64,000 bases of DNA from Lingula anatina (Eukaryota > Animalia > Brachiopoda), in the NCBI GenBank assembly GCA_051362555.1, contig CM120643.1, positions 18,976,848 to 19,040,847 of the forward strand. The letters are read 5' to 3'. The notes under the pieces were generated by a model. That model was not told where the DNA came from, did no database searches, and saw nothing but the letters and a program-made list of their open reading frames with translations. Position 1 is the first letter of the stretch; each line of letters starts with the position of its first letter. Positions 61,856-64,000 of this stretch are shown one piece after another. The translations under genes were made by a program, and so were the position numbers.

Positions 61856-63973
61856 GTTGATCCCTATCCAAATATTGTTCACGGCCTTATTTTCGATGGA
61901 CACGATGAAATCGTTGTCGCCTTGGTTCTCAAAAATGGCGAGGTCGCCACCTGCTTACCAGTGTACCATGAAAATTTGACTCCCCCAAAATGTGACTCCC
62001 TGGCCAAATTTTCATAATGAAAATGTGACTCCCCGAAGAAATTTTGACTCCCCCACAAAACTTTGTAAATCCTAACTTTTATATTGAAGTATTCATAATG
62101 GAGAAAGATAATTGCCCCCACGCTCTGTCTTTTTGATCACGAAGTCGACGTACTTGGTGTACGCCTCTATTGGCAGAAAGGAAGAGATGATAAAAAAGGT
62201 TGCTTTTTCAGTTAATGTCACACCAGATTAAGATATAATAAAAACGAAATGTTAGATTAATATCAAGAAAGCTGAACCAGACCTTTAAGTTTGCGAATGA
62301 ACTCACGTTTTCTCTTGCACACGAACCATTATGCCGAGCTACAATCCCTTTCATTCTAACTCCCACTGTGGTAGGTGGGCAGGTCCACTAGGATAGGCCA
62401 GTCATTGGATACGTCAAGTAAACATGTACACCAACGAGACTTTTAAGTTAAAACTCCTATCATGTCGGCTTTCCGTAAGTGATCGTGCAGAGGGTATCAA
62501 CGTTGTCATACGCTAATGACGACGATGGTGGTCTAAGGGTGTCCTTGATTGCAAAGGAGTGCGCGTTCACATTTGTACTGACATATCCAGGATTTTGCAA
62601 AAGGAAGGGGTCTGCTAAGTAAATGATGACATGCATAAAAATAAACATATGCCGATCGAAGCGGTAGACAAGGGCATTGTTGCCGGAATATCCAGGGCAT
62701 AAAGATGGGGACGGTTTTGAGTTTGACTCTTTTCTTTCGAAGTAATCTTCTTTTCTTTTATTTATTTGCTAATTTATTTATTTTGGGGGGAGGGGAAAGG
62801 TAGGAGAGACAGTATAGCCGGCCACCTGGGAAATATTTCAAGCTAAGGATGGGGAGATGTCTATATGAAGCCCTTTTTTAATCTCTTCTAATAGTACATT
62901 TTCTCGTCGGAAAATCAGCCGAGGGACCCTTTATGACTCCTTATTAACCGAAGTAAAAGTATAAGTAAAGGACAAACACAAATATGGTGTTCGAAATTTG
63001 GCCGCTGGCATTGAAAGGTTCCTCTAGTAATGGATTCTGGTAGAGAGCAAGAGAGAGACATTTCCCCCGCTTTACCCGTTTGCCTTCACTAGACAGTCCC
63101 TATTGTCTAGACAGTCCCTAGGTACTGTCTTTCTTGTTATAAAACGGACACAATATATGTCTTGTAATTGGACTGTCACTGATTTATCTTGGATCAAAAC
63201 AGACTCAAATTTGGGGCATTTATCCGTATTTCCTTTTGGTAAAAAAGCCTATTTTTATGGTTAAATGCGTATTTATTATGGGACATATACCGAGAAGGGT
63301 GAACACAGTCCGTGTAGTTAACTGCTGAAAACGCGGCCAATGACGCTACTGCTAATGTGACGTTATGCACATCAGGATTAGCTAGCGAAACGGAAGATCT
63401 GCAGCTTACTCCTTGAATAATTTCATTGAAATGAACCTTTTCATACATATGGAATGAATGTCCTAAACTAATATAACTTTAGTACGCTTAATTCAAGCGT
63501 GGGCTCGAATTAGGGCATTACGTTTTTGACTAACTGAACGGATAACGCAATTTAAAGATTCCACGGTTCATGTCAGATTTACATAAGGTGCAAAAAATAA
63601 AAAAAGTCCACATAACTGTAGCTACATATTGTAAGTGAAGTCTTCAACTCCTAACTCTCCGAAATCACGTCTGCCCTCTGCTCCGTCTCTCCTAGTCCCC
63701 TCCTCTACTCTCTCTTCCTCTCTCTCCTATTCACTCCCCCAAGGTATCAATTCTCATCGCTTGTATACTAATTTCTTATCTCACGTGGATCCAAACTTTA
63801 ATTGCTTATAATTGTATAATTAATTTCTTTTCCTCGGCGTTATACAAATAGGTTGCCACATTACTCGAGAACTATTGGACCACAACACGTTACGTCATAT
63901 GACCTCATGAGATATCTTTTTGGTCTTTATGTCGGACACGACATCATATCATTTTGGTAAGTACCTTTAAAGT

Positions 63974-64000
63974 ATGATGACTTCATACATTCGTACGTGC
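63974..64000 (+). CDS. Start of family A copy 5 (MMTSYIRTC...), runs off the window
   Basis: Identical to the start of copy 3, and the upstream 1.6 kb is collinear with 31048-32601. Confidence 0.7.

Larger units (their letters stand above)
59152..61955 (-). pseudogene. C-type lectin pseudogene, second copy
   Basis: Exons 59391-59152 (TAG retained, second stop is CAA here) and 59677-59556 (1-bp deletion). The upstream exon has a mutated donor (~59975) and is split by a LINE and a MITE. Confidence 0.8.
12300..64000 (+). repeat. Large tandem segmental duplication (about 12.3-34.8 kb versus 34.8 kb to beyond 64 kb)
   Basis: The same order recurs at high identity: VWA2 exons, MITE, short A with EnSpm, B, lectin pseudogene, upstream repeat, next A. 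Boundaries are approximate. Confidence 0.85.

Overview
AT-rich eukaryotic DNA with GT-AG introns, probably from a marine invertebrate (a lophotrochozoan is my inference from the domain types). There is no sign of prokaryotic genes, rRNA, tRNA or CRISPR. The window holds a tandemly duplicated cluster of secreted, Cys-rich, mucosal/defence-type genes. (1) The 5' end of an IgGFc-binding-domain (FCGBP-like) gene, minus strand. (2) Five copies of family 'A': signal peptide, an unassigned two-helix/two-Cys domain split by a G-R-R-Q motif, a Thr-rich stalk and an ShKT domain, with or without two VWA domains. (3) Gene 'B': ShKT, Pro-rich and Gly-Ser cassette exons followed by two VWC-like domains. (4) A tandem C-type lectin pseudogene. 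The A-A-B-lectin block is repeated (about 12.3-34.8 kb, then 34.8 kb to beyond the window end). In the second block the ShKT exons are expanded, and a deletion removed B's promoter and leader exon, possibly fusing A to B. Insertions resolved by TIRs, TSDs and paralogous empty sites include an IS3EU-type transposon with an intact-looking spliced transposase, a Ginger1 deletion derivative, EnSpm-like, Harbinger-like and Kolobok-like elements, a Tc1 fragment and a 5'-truncated L2/CR1-group LINE. All gene models were read by eye and are unconfirmed by transcripts.
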